DNA from: Macrostomum lignano
Lineage: Eukaryota
DNA length: 64,000 nucleotides
Direction of reading: 5' to 3'
NCBI GenBank assembly: GCA_002269645.1
Contig: NIVC01000757.1
Span: 86,298-150,297 of the forward strand
The notes under the pieces: generated by a model
The model's database searches: none
What the model saw: the letters and a program-made list of their open reading frames with translations, nothing else
What the model was told of the DNA's origin: nothing
Shown here: positions 1 through 13,740 of the stretch, piece by piece
Position numbering within the stretch: position 1 is the first letter of the stretch
How the letters are laid out: every line of letters starts with the position of its first letter
Position numbers and translations under genes: made by a program

Positions 1-3000
1 CGACAGGGCTAGTTAGAGATGCTGAGAGTAGCGGGCTCTGCGTCATCTTTGCACCTGTGTATATCGCCCCATTGAGTGTCATTTCTAAGCTCTCCATTTA
101 ATTCTATATATGACAGCGACAGGGCTAGTTAGAGATGCTGAGAGTAGCGGGCTCTGCGTCATCTTTGCACCTGTGTATATCAGCCCCATTGAGTGTCATT
201 TCTAAGCTCTCCATTTAATTCTATATATTGACAGCGACAGGGCTAGTTAGAGATGCTGAGAGTAGCGGGCTCTGCGTCATCTTTGCACCTGTGTATATCA
301 GCCCCATTGAGTGTCATTTCTAAGCTCTCCATTTAATTCTATATATTGACAGCGACAGGGCTAGTTAGAGATGCTGAGTAGCGGGCTCTGCGTCATCTTT
401 GCACCTGTGTATATCAGCCCCATTGAGTGTCATTTCTAAGCTCTCCATTTAATTCTATATATTGACAGCGACAGGCTAGTTAGAGATGCTGAGAGTAGCG
501 GGCTCTGCGTCATCTTTGCACCTGTGTATATCAGCCCCGTGAGTGTCATTTCTAAGCTCTCCATTTAATTCTATATATTGACAGCGACAGGGCTAGTTAG
601 AGATGCTGAGAGTAGCGGGCTCTGCGTCATCTTTGCACCTGTGTATATCAGCCCCATTGAGTGTCATTTCTAAGCTCCATTTAATTCTATATATTGACAG
701 CGACAGGGCTAGTTAGAGATGCTGAGAGTAGCGGCTCTGCGTCATCTTTGCACCTGTGTATATCAGCCCCATTGAGTGTCATTTCTAAGCTCTCCATTTA
801 ATTCTATATATTGACAGCGACAGGGCTAGTTAGAGATGCTGAGAGTAGCGGGCTCTGCGTCATCTTTGCACCTGTGTATATCAGCCCCATTGAGTGTCAT
901 TTCTAAGCTCTCCATTTAATTCTATATATTGACAGCGACAGGGCTAGTTAGAGATGCTGAGAGTAGCGGGCTCTGCGTCATCTTTGCACCTGTGTATATC
1001 AGCCCCATTGAGTGTCATTTCTAAGCTCTCCATTTAATTCTATATATTGACAGCGACAGGGCTAGTTAGAGATGCTGAGAGTAGCGGGCTCTGCGTCATC
1101 TTTGCACCTGTGTATATCAGCCCCATTGAGTGTCATTTCTAAGCTCTCCATTTAATTCTATATATTGACAGCGACAGGGCTAGTTAGAGATGCTGAGTAG
1201 CGGGCTCTGCGTCATCTTTGCACCTGTGTATATCAGCCCCATTGAGTGTCATTTCTAAGCTCTCCATTTAATTCTATATATTGACAGCGACAGGGCTAGT
1301 TAGAGATGCTGAGAGTAGCGGGCTCTGCGTCATCTTTGCACCTGTGTATATCAGCCCCATTGAGTGTCATTTCTAAGCTCTCCATTTAATTCTATATATT
1401 GACAGCGACAGGGCTAGTTAGAGATGCTGAGAGTAGCGGGCTCTGCGTCATCTTTGCACCTGTATATCAGCCCCATTGAGTGTCATTTCTAAGCTCTCCA
1501 TTTAATTCTATATATTGACAGCGACAGGGCTAGTTAGAGATGCTGAGAGTAGCGGGCTCTGCGTCATCTTTGCACCTGTGTATATCAGCCCCATTGAGTG
1601 TCATTTCTAAGCTCTCCATTTAATTCTATATATTGACAGCGACAGGGCTAGTTAGAGATGCTGAGAGTAGCGGGCTCTGCGTCATCTTTGCACCTGTGTA
1701 TATCAGCCCATTGAGTGTCATTTCTAAGCTCTCCATTTAATTCTATATATTGACAGCGACAGGGCTAGTTAGAGATGCTGAGAGTAGCGGGCTCTGCGTC
1801 ATCTTTGCACCTGTGTATATCAGCCCCATTGAGTGTCATTTCTAAGCTCTCCATTTAATTCTATATATTGACAGCGACAGGGCTAGTTAGAGATGCTGAG
1901 AGTAGCGGGCTCTGCGTCTTTGCACCTGTGTATATCAGCCCCATTGAGTGTCATTTCTAAGCTCTCCATTTAATTCTATATATTGACAGCGACAGGGCTA
2001 GTTAGAGATGCTGAGAGTAGCGGGCTCTGCGTCATCTTTGCACCTGTGTATATCAGCCCATTGAGTGTCATTTCTAAGCTCTCCATTTAATTCTATATAT
2101 TGACAGCGACAGGGCTAGTTAGAGATGCTGAGAGTAGCGGGCTCTGCGTCATCTTTGCACCTGTGTATATCAGCCCCATTGAGTGTCATTTCTAAGCTCT
2201 CCATTTAATTCTATATATTGACAGCGACAGGGCTAGTTAGAGATGCTGAGAGTAGCGGGCTCTGCGTCATCTTTGCACCTGTGTATATCAGCCCCATTGA
2301 GTGTCATTTCTAAGCTCTCCATTTAATTCTATATATTGACAGCGACAGGCTAGTTAGAGATGCTGAGAGTAGCGGGCTCTGCGTCATCTTTGCACCTGTG
2401 TATATCAGCCCCATTGAGTGTCATTTCTAAGCTCTCCATTTAATTCTATATATTGACAGCGACAGGGCTAGTTAGAGATGCTGAGAGTAGCGGGCTCTGC
2501 GTCATCTTTGCACCTGTGTATATCAGCCCATTGAGTGTCATTTCTAAGCTCTCCATTTAATTCTATATATTGACAGCGACAGGGCTAGTTAGAGATGCTG
2601 AGAGTAGCGGGCTCTGCGTCATCTTTGCACCTGTGTATATCAGCCCCATTGAGTGTCATTTCTAAGCTCTCCATTTAATTCTATATATTGACAGCGACAG
2701 GGCTAGTTAGAGATGCTGAGAGTAGCGGGCTCTGCGTCATCTTTGCACCTGTGTATATCAGCCCATTGAGTGTCATTTCTAAGCTCTCCATTTAATTCTA
2801 TATATTGACAGCGACAGGGCTAGTTAGAGATGCTGAGAGTAGCGGGCTCTGCGTCATCTTTGCACCTGTGTATATCAGCCCCATTGAGTGTCATTTCTAA
2901 GCTCTCCATTTAATTCTATATATTGACAGCGACAGGGCTAGTTAGAGATGCTGAGAGTAGCGGGCTCTGCGTCATCTTTGCACCTGTGTATATCAGCCCA

Positions 3001-6000
3001 TTGAGTGTCATTTCTAAGCTCTCCATTTAATTCTATATATTGACAGCGACAGGGCTAGTTAGAGATGCTGAGAGTAGCGGGCTCTGCGTCATCTTTGCAC
3101 CTGTGTATATCAGCCCCATTGAGTGTCATTTCTAAGCTCTCCATTTAATTCTATATATTGACAGCGACAGGGCTAGTTAGAGATGCTGAGAGTAGCGGGC
3201 TCTGCGTCATCTTTGCACCTGTGTATATCAGCCCCATTGAGTGTCATTTCTAAGCTCTCCATTTAATTCTATATATTGACAGCGACAGGGCTAGTTAGAG
3301 ATGCTGAGAGTAGCGGGCTCTGCGTCATCTTTGCACCTGTGTATATCAGCCCCATTGAGTGTCATTTCTAAGCTCTCCATTTAATTCTATATATTGACAG
3401 CGACAGGGCTAGTTAGAGATGCTGAGAGTAGCGGGCTCTGCGTCATCTTTGCACCTGTGTATATCAGCCCCATTGAGTGTCATTTCTAAGCTCTCCATTT
3501 AATTCTATATATTGACAGCGACAGGGCTAGTTAGAGATGCTGAGAGTAGCGGGCTCTGCGTCATCTTTGCACCTGTGTATATCAGCCCCATTGAGTGTCA
3601 TTTCTAAGCTCTCCATTTAATTCTATATATTGACAGCGACAGGGCTAGTTAGAGATGCTGAGAGTAGCGGGCTCTGCGTCATCTTTGCACCTGTGTATAT
3701 CAGCCCCATTGAGTGTCATTTCTAAGCTCTCCATTTAATTCTATATATTGACAGCGACAGGGCTAGTTAGAGATGCTGAGAGTAGCGGGCTCTGCGTCAT
3801 CTTTGCACCTGTGTATATCAGCCCCATTGAGTGTCATTTCTAAGCTCTCCATTTAATTCTATATATTGACAGCGACAGGGCTAGTTAGAGATGCTGAGAG
3901 TAGCGGGCTCTGCGTCATCTTTGCACCTGTGTATATCAGCCCCATTGAGTGTCATTTCTAAGCTCTCCATTTAATTCTATATATTGACAGCGACAGGGCT
4001 AGTTAGAGATGCTGAGAGTAGCGGGCTCTGCGTCATCTTTGCACCTGTGTATATCAGCCCCATTGAGTGTCATTTCTAAGCTCTCCATTTAATTCTATAT
4101 ATTGACAGCGACAGGGCTAGTTAGAGATGCTGAGAGTAGCGGGCTCTGCGTCATCTTTGCACCTGTGTATATCAGCCCCATTGAGTGTCATTTCTAAGCT
4201 CTCCATTTAATTCTATATATTGACAGCGACAGGGCTAGTTAGAGATGCTGAGAGTAGCGGGCTCTGCGTCATCTTTGCACCTGTGTATATCAGCCCCATT
4301 GAGTGTCATTTCTAAGCTCTCCATTTAATTCTATATATTGACAGCGACAGGGCTAGTTAGAGATGCTGAGAGTAGCGGGCTCTGCGTCATCTTTGCACCT
4401 GTGTATATCAGCCCCATTGAGTGTCATTTCTAAGCTCTCCATTTAATTCTATATATTGACAGCGACAGGGCTAGTTAGAGATGCTGAGAGTAGCGGGCTC
4501 TGCGTCATCTTTGCACCTGTGTATATCAGCCCCATTGAGTGTCATTTCTAAGCTCTCCATTTAATTCTATATATTGACAGCGACAGGGCTAGTTAGAGAT
4601 GCTGAGAGTAGCGGGCTCTGCGTCATCTTTGCACCTGTGTATATCAGCCCCATTGAGTGTCATTTCTAAGCTCTCCATTTAATTCTATATATTGACAGCG
4701 ACAGGGCTAGTTAGAGATGCTGAGAGTAGCGGGCTCTGCGTCATCTTTGCACCTGTGTATATCAGCCCATTGAGTGTCATTTCTAAGCTCTCCATTTAAT
4801 TCTATATATTGACAGCGACAGGGCTAGTTAGAGATGCTGAGAGTAGCGGGCTCTGCGTCATCTTTGCACCTGTGTATATCAGCCCCATTGAGTGTCATTT
4901 CTAAGCTCTCCATTTAATTCTATATATTGACAGCGACAGGGCTAGTTAGAGATGCTGAGAGTAGCGGGCTCTGCGTCATCTTTGCACCTGTGTATATCAG
5001 CCCCATTGAGTGTCATTTCTAAGCTCTCCATTTAATTCTATATATTGACAGCGACAGGGCTAGTTAGAGATGCTGAGAGTAGCGGGCTCTGCGTCATCTT
5101 TGCACCTGTGTATATCAGCCCCATTGAGTGTCATTTCTAAGCTCTCCATTTAATTCTATATATTGACAGCGACAGGGCTAGTTAGAGATGCTGAGAGTAG
5201 CGGGCTCTGCGTCATCTTTGCACCTGTGTATATCAGCCCCATTGAGTGTCATTTCTAAGCTCTCCATTTAATTCTATATATTGACAGCGACAGGGCTAGT
5301 TAGAGATGCTGAGAGTAGCGGGCTCTGCGTCATCTTTGCACCTGTGTATATCAGCCCCATTGAGTGTCATTTCTAAGCTCTCCATTTAATTCTATATATT
5401 GACAGCGACAGGGCTAGTTAGAGATGCTGAGAGTAGCGGGCTCTGCGTCATCTTTGCACCTGTGTATATCAGCCCCATTGAGTGTCATTTCTAAGCTCTC
5501 CATTTAATTCTATATATTGACAGCGACAGGGCTAGTTAGAGATGCTGAGAGTAGCGGGCTCTGCGTCATCTTTGCACCTGTGTATATCAGCCCCATTGAG
5601 TGTCATTTCTAAGCTCTCCATTTAATTCTATATATTGACAGCGACAGGGCTAGTTAGAGATGCTGAGAGTAGCGGGCTCTGCGTCATCTTTGCACCTGTG
5701 TATATCAGCCCCATTGAGTGTCATTTCTAAGCTCTCCATTTAATTCTATATATTGACAGCGACAGGGCTAGTTAGAGATGCTGAGTGTAGCGGGCTCTGC
5801 GTCATCTTTGCACCTGTGTATATCAGCCCCATTGAGTGTCATTTCTAAGCTCTCCATTTAATTCTATATATTGACAGCGACAGGGCTAGTTAGAGATGCT
5901 GAGAGTAGCGGGCTCTGCGTCATCTTTGCACCTGTGTATATCAGCCCCATTGAGTGTCATTTCTAAGCTCTCCATTTAATTCTATATATTGACAGCGACA

Positions 6001-8357
6001 GGGCTAGTTAGAGATGCTGAGAGTAGCGGGCTCTGCGTCATCTTTGCACCTGTGTATATCAGCCCCATTGAGTGTCATTTCTAAGCTCTCCATTTAATTC
6101 TATATATTGACAGCGACAGGGCTAGTTAGAGATGCTGAGTGTAGCGGGCTCTGCGTCATCTTTGCACCTGTGTATATCAGCCCCATTGAGTGTCATTTCT
6201 AAGCTCTCCATTTAATTCTATATATTGACAGCGACAGGGCTAGTTAGAGATGCTGAGAGTAGCGGGCTCTGCGTCATCTTTGCACCTGTGTATATCAGCC
6301 CCATTGAGTGTCATTTCTAAGCTCTCCATTTAATTCTATATATTGACAGCGACAGGGCTAGTTAGAGATGCTGAGAGTAGCGGGCTCTGCGTCATCTTTG
6401 CACCTGTGTATATCAGCCCCATTGAGTGTCATTTCTAAGCTCTCCATTTAATTCTATATATTGACAGCGACAGGGCTAGTTAGAGATGCTGAGAGTAGCG
6501 GGCTCTGCGTCATCTTTGCACCTGTGTATATCAGCCCCATTGAGTGTCATTTCTAAGCTCTCCATTTAATTCTATATATTGACAGCGACAGGGCTAGTTA
6601 GAGATGCTGAGAGTAGCGGGCTCTGCGTCATCTTTGCACCTGTGTATATCAGCCCCATTGAGTGTCATTTCTAAGCTCTCCATTTAATTCTATATATTGA
6701 CAGCGACAGGGCTAGTTAGAGATGCTGAGAGTAGCGGGCTCTGCGTCATCTTTGCACCTGTGTATATCAGCCCCATTGAGTGTCATTTCTAAGCTCTCCA
6801 TTTAATTCTATATATTGACAGCGACAGGGCTAGTTAGAGATGCTGAGAGTAGCGGGCTCTGCGTCATCTTTGCACCTGTGTATATCAGCCCCATTGAGTG
6901 TCATTTCTAAGCTCTCCATTTAATTCTATATATTGACAGCGACAGGGCTAGTTAGAGATGCTGAGAGTAGCGGGCTCTGCGTCATCTTTGCACCTGTGTA
7001 TATCAGCCCCATTGAGTGTCATTTCTAAGCTCTCCATTTAATTCTATATATTGACAGCGACAGGGCTAGTTAGAGATGCTGAGAGTAGCGGGCTCTGCGT
7101 CATCTTTGCACCTGTGTATATCAGCCCCATTGAGTGTCATTTCTAAGCTCTCCATTTAATTCTATATATTGACAGCGACAGGGCTAGTTAGAGATGCTGA
7201 GAGTAGCGGGCTCTGCGTCATCTTTGCACCTGTGTATATCAGCCCCATTGAGTGTCATTTCTAAGCTCTCCATTTAATTCTATATATTGACAGCGACAGG
7301 GCTAGTTAGAGATGCTGAGAGTAGCGGGCTCTGCGTCATCTTTGCACCTGTGTATATCAGCCCCATTGAGTGTCATTTCTAAGCTCTCCATTTAATTCTA
7401 TATATTGACAGCGACAGGGCTAGTTAGAGATGCTGAGAGTAGCGGGCTCTGCGTCATCTTTGCACCTGTGTATATCAGCCCCATTGAGTGTCATTTCTAA
7501 GCTCTCCATTTAATTCTATATATTGACAGCGACAGGGCTAGTTAGAGATGCTGAGAGTAGCGGGCTCTGCGTCATCTTTGCACCTGTGTATATCAGCCCC
7601 ATTGAGTGTCATTTCTAAGCTCTCCATTTAATTCTATATATTGACAGCGACAGGGCTAGTTAGAGATGCTGAGAGTAGCGGGCTCTGCGTCATCTTTGCA
7701 CCTGCGTATATCAGCCCCATTGAGTGTCATTTCTAAGCTCTCCATTTAATTCTATATATTGACAGCGACAGGGCTAGTTAGAGATGCTGAGAGTAGCGGG
7801 CTCTGCGTCATCTTTGCACCTGTGTATATCAGCCCCATTGAGTGTCATTTCTAAGCTCTCCATTTAATTCTATATATTGACAGCGACAGGGCTAGTTAGA
7901 GATGCTGAGAGTAGCGGGCTCTGCGTCATCTTTGCACCTGTGTATATCAGCCCCATTGAGTGTCATTTCTAAGCTCTCCATTTAATTCTATATATTGACA
8001 GCGACAGGGCTAGTTAGAGATGCTGAGAGTAGCGGGCTCTGCGTCATCTTTGCACCTGTGTATATCAGCCCCATTGAGTGTCATTTCTAAGCTCTCCATT
8101 TAATTCTATATATTGACAGCGACAGGGCTAGTTAGAGATGCTGAGAGTAGCGGGCTCTGCGTCATCTTTGCACCTGTGTATATCAGCCCCATTGAGTGTC
8201 ATTTCTAAGCTCTCCATTTAATTCTATATATTGACAGCGACAGGGCTAGTTAGAGATGCTGAGAGTAGCGGGCTCTGCGTCATCTTTGCACCTGTGTATA
8301 TCAGCCCCATTGAGTGTCATTTCTAAGCTCTCCATTTAATTCTATATATTGACAGCG
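1..8357. repeat. 118-bp tandem satellite array, ~71 copies, open at the left window edge
   Basis: The unit CGACAGGGCTAGTTAGAGATGCTGAGAGTAGCGGGCTCTGCGTCATCTTTGCACCTGTGTATATCAGCCCCATTGAGTGTCATTTCTAAGCTCTCCATTTAATTCTATATATTGACAG repeats head-to-tail (GGCTAG at 241 and 359). There are no spacers, and the array ends abruptly at 8357. Confidence 0.98.
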
Positions 8358-9135
8358 CCGCTATAGTTTAAATCCATGTTTGAATTTACTGCGCTCGTAC
8401 ATTTTAACTTATACTTGATATTGACAGGTTAGCTCAGAAATATTCCGCCAGCTTCTTTAGTAATGGCTTTTTATCAAAATACAATTGGGCTTTGCTTTTA
8501 CTTTTGGTTTGGTCACCTGCTGTGAGCGTTCCACTTTTTATCTATATATTGTTTTGTATTATGCACAGCGGTTTGTTTGGAGGTGTGTTTCGCGCTTTTC
8601 TCGATCTTTCCACTGTAGCTGGATTTTGAGTAAAGATAAGAATCGCAGTTCTTACGATTGCTTAAAAGCAAATACGTGCTCTGAGTATGCTCAAGATTGC
8701 GCAATGCTCGGTGACAGTGATGGGTGGTTCATGGTGGAAGACACCTATCTAAGCAAATTTGTTGCACCAAACTTATGATTGCGCCATTATCGTAAAGAAT
8801 AGTGTCAAGCAGTTCCAAATATGTAAAATTGTAAACTTTATTTAGTCACCAAAGAGAAATTTTATCTACTCTTTGATTTGTTGATGACTGACTTCATCCT
8901 AATTTTTGAGCATATACGTCTTTTTCTTGCATATTTAATCTATTTCTCGAATTTCTATTTTGCATCATTCATTTAATTCCTATCCAATTCATTGTGTGTC
9001 ATTTATTTGTTATCCACTGCCCACTGTATATTGACAGCAGCGGATCTCACAGAGCTACTCAATGAATTGAAAATGCAGAAATAACTGAGTATTCGAAACC
9101 CAAACTGGATTAGGGTCGATCAGTGAGTCTGGCTG

Positions 9136-9198
9136 TGAGGCTGTGAATGAGGCAGTGAATGAGGCAGTGAATGAGGCTGTGAATGAGGCTGTGAATGT
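9136..9198. repeat. 12-bp tandem repeat (TGAGGC(T/A)GTGAA), ~5 copies
   Basis: Read directly from the sequence. Confidence 0.85.
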
Positions 9199-9546
9199 GA
9201 GTGGGGCATATTGTACCTAATGTATGTTTCATGCTGGTTAATGCGCATGTTTCATTTTGAATCAAAGTAATTTGGTGTCAAAATGAGTCACTACTGAAAT
9301 GAAGCAGTCCACCCCTTCGAGTCTAAAAGCATAGTGGATTTGACACGTACTATGAACGTGAAATATTTTGACCACCCCATTCCGAACCAATGAAAATTAG
9401 AGTGAACTTGTTGATGTCAAACTGCCGCTTCATATAAAATGGGACTTCAGTTGGCCTTTCAAAAAGCCAGATTTCTATTTGTCAATTAATTTCATTTTTT
9501 CAATAAATTAACCCAAATGTCCAAACAATTGGAGTTCATAAAACAG

Positions 9547-9639
9547 CTGATAAGCCGCAAAGGCAAATGCTATGACGTCGCTAAGCGGCAAAAGTCGTTT
9601 GAGAAAGAGCTCGCCGCGTCTGATCGATTCCAGTTAATG
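9547..9639 (+). CDS. Candidate exon of an unidentified + strand gene
   Basis: AAACAG acceptor and ATG|GTAAGT donor. The 93 bp are open in phase 0 (LISRKGKCYDVAKRQKSFEKELAASDRFQLM). No family recognised. Confidence 0.3.
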
Positions 9640-9666
9640 GTAAGTGAAGGTGAAGAGCAATATTTT

Positions 9667-10900
9667 TACCAATAACTGCCCTGTCTCTACCATTCTACCC
9701 TGTCTCTACCATTCTGCCCTGTCTCTACCATTCTACCCTGTCTCTACCATTCTGCCCTGTCTCTACCATTCTGCCCTTTCTCTACCATTCTGCCCTGTCT
9801 CTACCATTCTACCCTTTCTCTACCATTCTGCCCTGTCTCTACCATTCTGCCCTGTCTCTACCATTCTACCCTTTCTCTACCATTCTGCCCTGTCTCTACC
9901 ATTCTACCCTGTCTCTACCATTCTGCCCTGTCTCTACCATTCTACCCTGTCTCTACCATTCTGCCCTGTCTCTACCATTCTACCCTGTCTCTACCATTCT
10001 GCCCTGTCTCTACCATTCTGCCCTTTCTCTACCATTCTGCCCTGTCTCTACCATTCTGCCCTGTCTCTACCATTCTGCCCTGTCTCTACCATTCTACCCT
10101 GTCTCTACCATTCTGCCCTGTCTCTACCATACTGCCCTGTCTCTACCATTCTGCCCTTTCTCTACCATTCTGCCCTGTCTCTACCATTCTGCCCTGTCTC
10201 TACCATTCTGCCCTGTCTCTACCATTCTGCCCTGTCTCTACCATTCTGCCCTGTCTCTACCATTCTGCCCTGTCTCTACCATTCTGCCCTGTCTCTACCA
10301 TACTGCCCTGTCTCTACCATTCTGCCCTTTCTCTACCATTCTGCCCTGTCTCTACCATTCTGCCCTGTCTCTACCATTCTGCCCTGTCTCTACCATTCTG
10401 CCCTGTCTCTACCATTCTGCCCTGTCTCTACCATTCTGCCCTGTCTCTACCATACTGCCCTGTTTCTACCATACTGCCCTGTCTCTACCATTCTGCCCTG
10501 TCTCTACCATTCTGCCCTTTCTCTACCATTCTGCCCTGTCTCTACCATTCTGCCCTGTCTCTACCATTCTGCCCTGTCTCTACCATTCTGCCCTGTCTCT
10601 ACCATTCTGCCCTTTCTCTACCAATAACTGCCCTGTCTCTACCATTCTGCCCTGTCTCTACTAATAACTGCCCTGTCTCTACCATTCTGCCCTATCTCTA
10701 CCATTCTGCCCTGTCTCTACCATTCTGCCCTGTCTCTACCATTCTGCCCTGTCTCTACCATTCTGCCCTTTCTCTACCAATAACTGCCCTGTCTCTACCA
10801 TTCTGCCCTGTCTCTACCAATAACTGCCCTGTCTCTACCAATAACTGCCCTGTCTCTACCATTCTGCCCTGTCTCTACCAATAACTGCAATTTCTCTACT
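9667..10900. repeat. 19-bp minisatellite (CTGCCCTGTCTCTACCATT), ~64 copies
   Basis: Direct periodicity. The 19-aa period of ORF 9644-10627 equals 3x19 nt. Confidence 0.97.
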
Positions 10901-10903
10901 CAG

Positions 10904-11017
10904 ACCGATGCGTCACAGCCCGGATCAGCTGAGCAGCCGCCCACCGCAGCCCAGCAGCCGCCCGGCCCAGCTGAGCGGCCCAAGTCGCATGCCGGCAGGA
11001 GTACATTTGCCCATTCG
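10904..11017 (+). CDS. Candidate exon of an unidentified + strand gene
   Basis: TTTCTCTACTCAG acceptor and TCG|GTGACT donor. GC-rich, 114 bp, open in phase 0 (TDASQPGSAEQPPTAAQQPPGPAERPKSHAGRSTFAHS). Confidence 0.3.
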
Positions 11018-11355
11018 GTGACTGCCTACCAATGCACTATTTCAACATGCTAATATAACTATTTTCTAACATGTGAAACATGTAAAGATAATATAATATT
11101 TGAAAACTTATTAATTATAACTAAAATTCGTATGCACATAAAATATAATTATAAAATTTGCAAGTAAATAATATATATAACTAAAATAGCTGGACTTGTG
11201 TCTAATGCGATTTATTTGAAACCCTTTGGAGCTGCGATCGAATTATTTTCGCATTTCTACTATTAGTAGCATGTAATGCAAAATTTATAGTTTTTTGCGA
11301 AACTTTTATGTGTCATATTTCGAAATATTCTGGTCGGATATATTTTTTTGGAGTG

Positions 11356-11692
11356 TCATATCTGTGATGTGGCCTGTCGGGTATCCCCTACGATGTGCGT
11401 CATTTCTTTGTTTTGGGTCATCACTGATAACATAGGGCAGCGCCATCGGCCATCCTGACTGTGCCAGTCGTTGGTGTCGCCTCCGTCTAGCCAGATGCTG
11501 CCGGAATCGCTGAGGTAATAGCTCTCATTAAACACGGCCGATTTGAACCAATCGGGCAGGCGGGAATCATTCAGCACGCTATTGTGCCAATTGCTAATCG
11601 ATTCGAGCCAATTTGGCAGGCGATTGAATGAGTAACGAATCAGAGCTATGGTGGCCTCTGATTGGCTGCCGTTGAACCAGCGAGTGTGACGC
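11356..11692 (-). CDS. GBA2: GBA2 exon 4; homology ends near 11450, frame runs to a stop at 11356-11358
   Basis: TTTCAAG acceptor, phase compatible with exon 3. It reads RHTRWF...WHNSVLNDSRLPDWFKSAVFNESYYLSDSGSIWL, matching the GBA2 motif [24 protein letters not shown]. Confidence 0.85.
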
Positions 11693-11924
11693 CTTGAAAT
11701 TGGGTTTCAGGCATTCTCTGTATTAATTTAAGGCAATATAGAAAGCACTTTTAGCTGACTTTCCATTATATTGTGATTTTCGCAGGCATGGAATTTGGGA
11801 ATTTTGAGGATATTCATCTAGGCCTTCGGAATATGCGATCTCGTGTTTGGGATCCGGGGTTTAGGAATTGGAATTTGGGATTTCAGATCTGAGATTAGAG
11901 GTCCTAGATTTTGGATCTGGGATT

Positions 11925-12620
11925 AGGGACTATTGGGGATCTGGGATTGGGGATCTGGGATTAGGGATCTGGGTTTAGGGATCTTGGATTGGATATCTGG
12001 GATTAGAGATCTGGGATTGGGGATCTAGATTAGGAATCTAGGATTGGGGATCTAGGATTGGGAATTCGGGATTGGGGATCTAGGATTGGGGATCTAGGAT
12101 TGGGGATTCGGGATTGGGGATCTAGGATTGGGGATCTAGGTTTAGGGATCTTGGATTGGATATCTGGGATTGGAGATCTGGGATTGGAGATCTGGGATTG
12201 GGGATCTAGATTAGGAATCTAGGATTGGGGATTCGGGATTGGGGATCTAGGATTGGGGATCTAGGATTCGGGATTCGGGATTGGGGATCTAGGATTGGGG
12301 ATCTGGGTTTAGGGATCTTGGATTGGAGATCTGGGATTGGGGATCTGGGATTGGGGATCTGGGATTGGAGATCTGGGATTGGGGATCTAGATTAGGAATC
12401 TAGAATTGGAGATCCGGGATTGGGGATCTAGGATTGAGGATCTAGGATTGGGGATTCGGGATTGGGGATCTAGGATTGGGGATCTAGGTTTAGGGATCTT
12501 GGATTGGATATCTGGGATTGGAGATCTGGGATTGGAGATCTGGGATTGGGGATCTAGGTTTAGGGATCTTGGATTGGATATCTGGGATTGGAGATCTGGG
12601 ATTGGGGATCTAAAACTGAA
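11925..12620. repeat. 14-bp minisatellite (GGGATTGGGGATCT variants) in GBA2 intron 3
   Basis: Direct periodicity, with degenerate flanks spanning about 11780-12660. Confidence 0.93.
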
Positions 12621-12799
12621 GATCAGAAATTGGGATCTCGGATTTGGGATAAAATGTGTAACTTAGAGAAAAATGTGGGGTTGGTGAGGAGTCTTTCAGA
12701 TATCCATGATTTGGCATTCTGTCACAGGGTACAGGTATAGTAAAACTTCAGTATCCATGATATCCATGAACTTCAACATCAAGCAACGAGAACCCTCAC

Positions 12800-13098
12800 C
12801 GAGTGTACAGCTGCTCCCCGGAGCGGAACCGAACATTGGGCAGATGCCAGGCTAGACAGAATTTAGCGGAATCCACCGAATATCGAGCCGGCACTCGACT
12901 AGAAACGCACACGGCAGTGGCAACCTCCTCGCCAGACTTGGTGGCGGTTCCGGCGAATAATTTAGCCTCAGACTCAGATGAAGCAGCCGTTGGTGGCCAT
13001 TTAACTAGGCGGCCAGTGTTGATCAGAGACGACCAAAGCCGATTCGCTAAGCTGGGATTCGTTGACGGGTCGAAGCGAGGCCAGATGGTTACGGATGA
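12800..13098 (-). CDS. GBA2: GBA2 exon 3
   Basis: CTGCAG acceptor and CG|GTGAGG donor. It reads SSVTIWPRFDP...ATAVCVSSRVPA...FCLAWHLPNVRF, matching GBA2 AVCVSSKL...FSLAWDMP. Confidence 0.9.
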
Positions 13099-13309
13099 CT
13101 GCAGTTCAGGTTAAGGAATTCACATATGCGTATTATGCTACTGAAAGTAACGTGGAAAGTAGTTAGCAAGACATCTTATAACTGTGAACCCAATTGATTA
13201 TGATTGAAAGATGATTTTACTCAAAGCACGATAAAGGATTTCAGAAATGGGATTTAAGAGTAGGATTTGAAATTGGCAGGTAGGCATTAGAGATCCTGAA
13301 ATTAGGATT

Positions 13310-13600
13310 TGGAATATGGGATTTGAGACTGGCCGAAAGGCATTATAGAACTTGGAATTGGGATCTGGAATATGGGATTTGAGACTGGCCGAAAGGCATT
13401 ATAGAACTTGGAATTGGGATTTGGAATATGGGATTTGAGACTGGCCGAAAGGCATTATAGAACTTGGAATTGGGATCTGGAATATGGGATTTGAGACTGG
13501 CCGAAAGGCATTATAGAACTTGGAATTGGGATCTGGAATATGGGATTTGAGACTGGCGGAAAGGCATTATAGAACTTGGATTTGGGATTTGGGTTTTTTG
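13310..13600. repeat. 56-bp tandem repeat, ~5 copies, in GBA2 intron 2
   Basis: GAGACTGGC recurs at 13325, 13381, 13437, 13493 and 13549. Confidence 0.92.
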
Positions 13601-13740
13601 AGACTAACCGAAAGGCATTAGAGATCCCGAAATTGGGATTTGGGATTTGAGATTGGCGGATAGACACCAGATATCTTGAAATTGGGATTTGGGAAAGGAA
13701 TTAGAGATCCTAAAACTGGGATTTGAGCAAGCCAAATTAC

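Noticed and set aside
1-8357. CRISPR array, 5S rDNA or spliced-leader gene array
   Set aside because: Units are contiguous with no unique spacers, there are no cas genes, and there is no resemblance to 5S rRNA. No SL-type GTAAG donor plus Sm site is present.
9644-10627. 327-aa ORF
   Set aside because: It is a translation of the 19-bp minisatellite.
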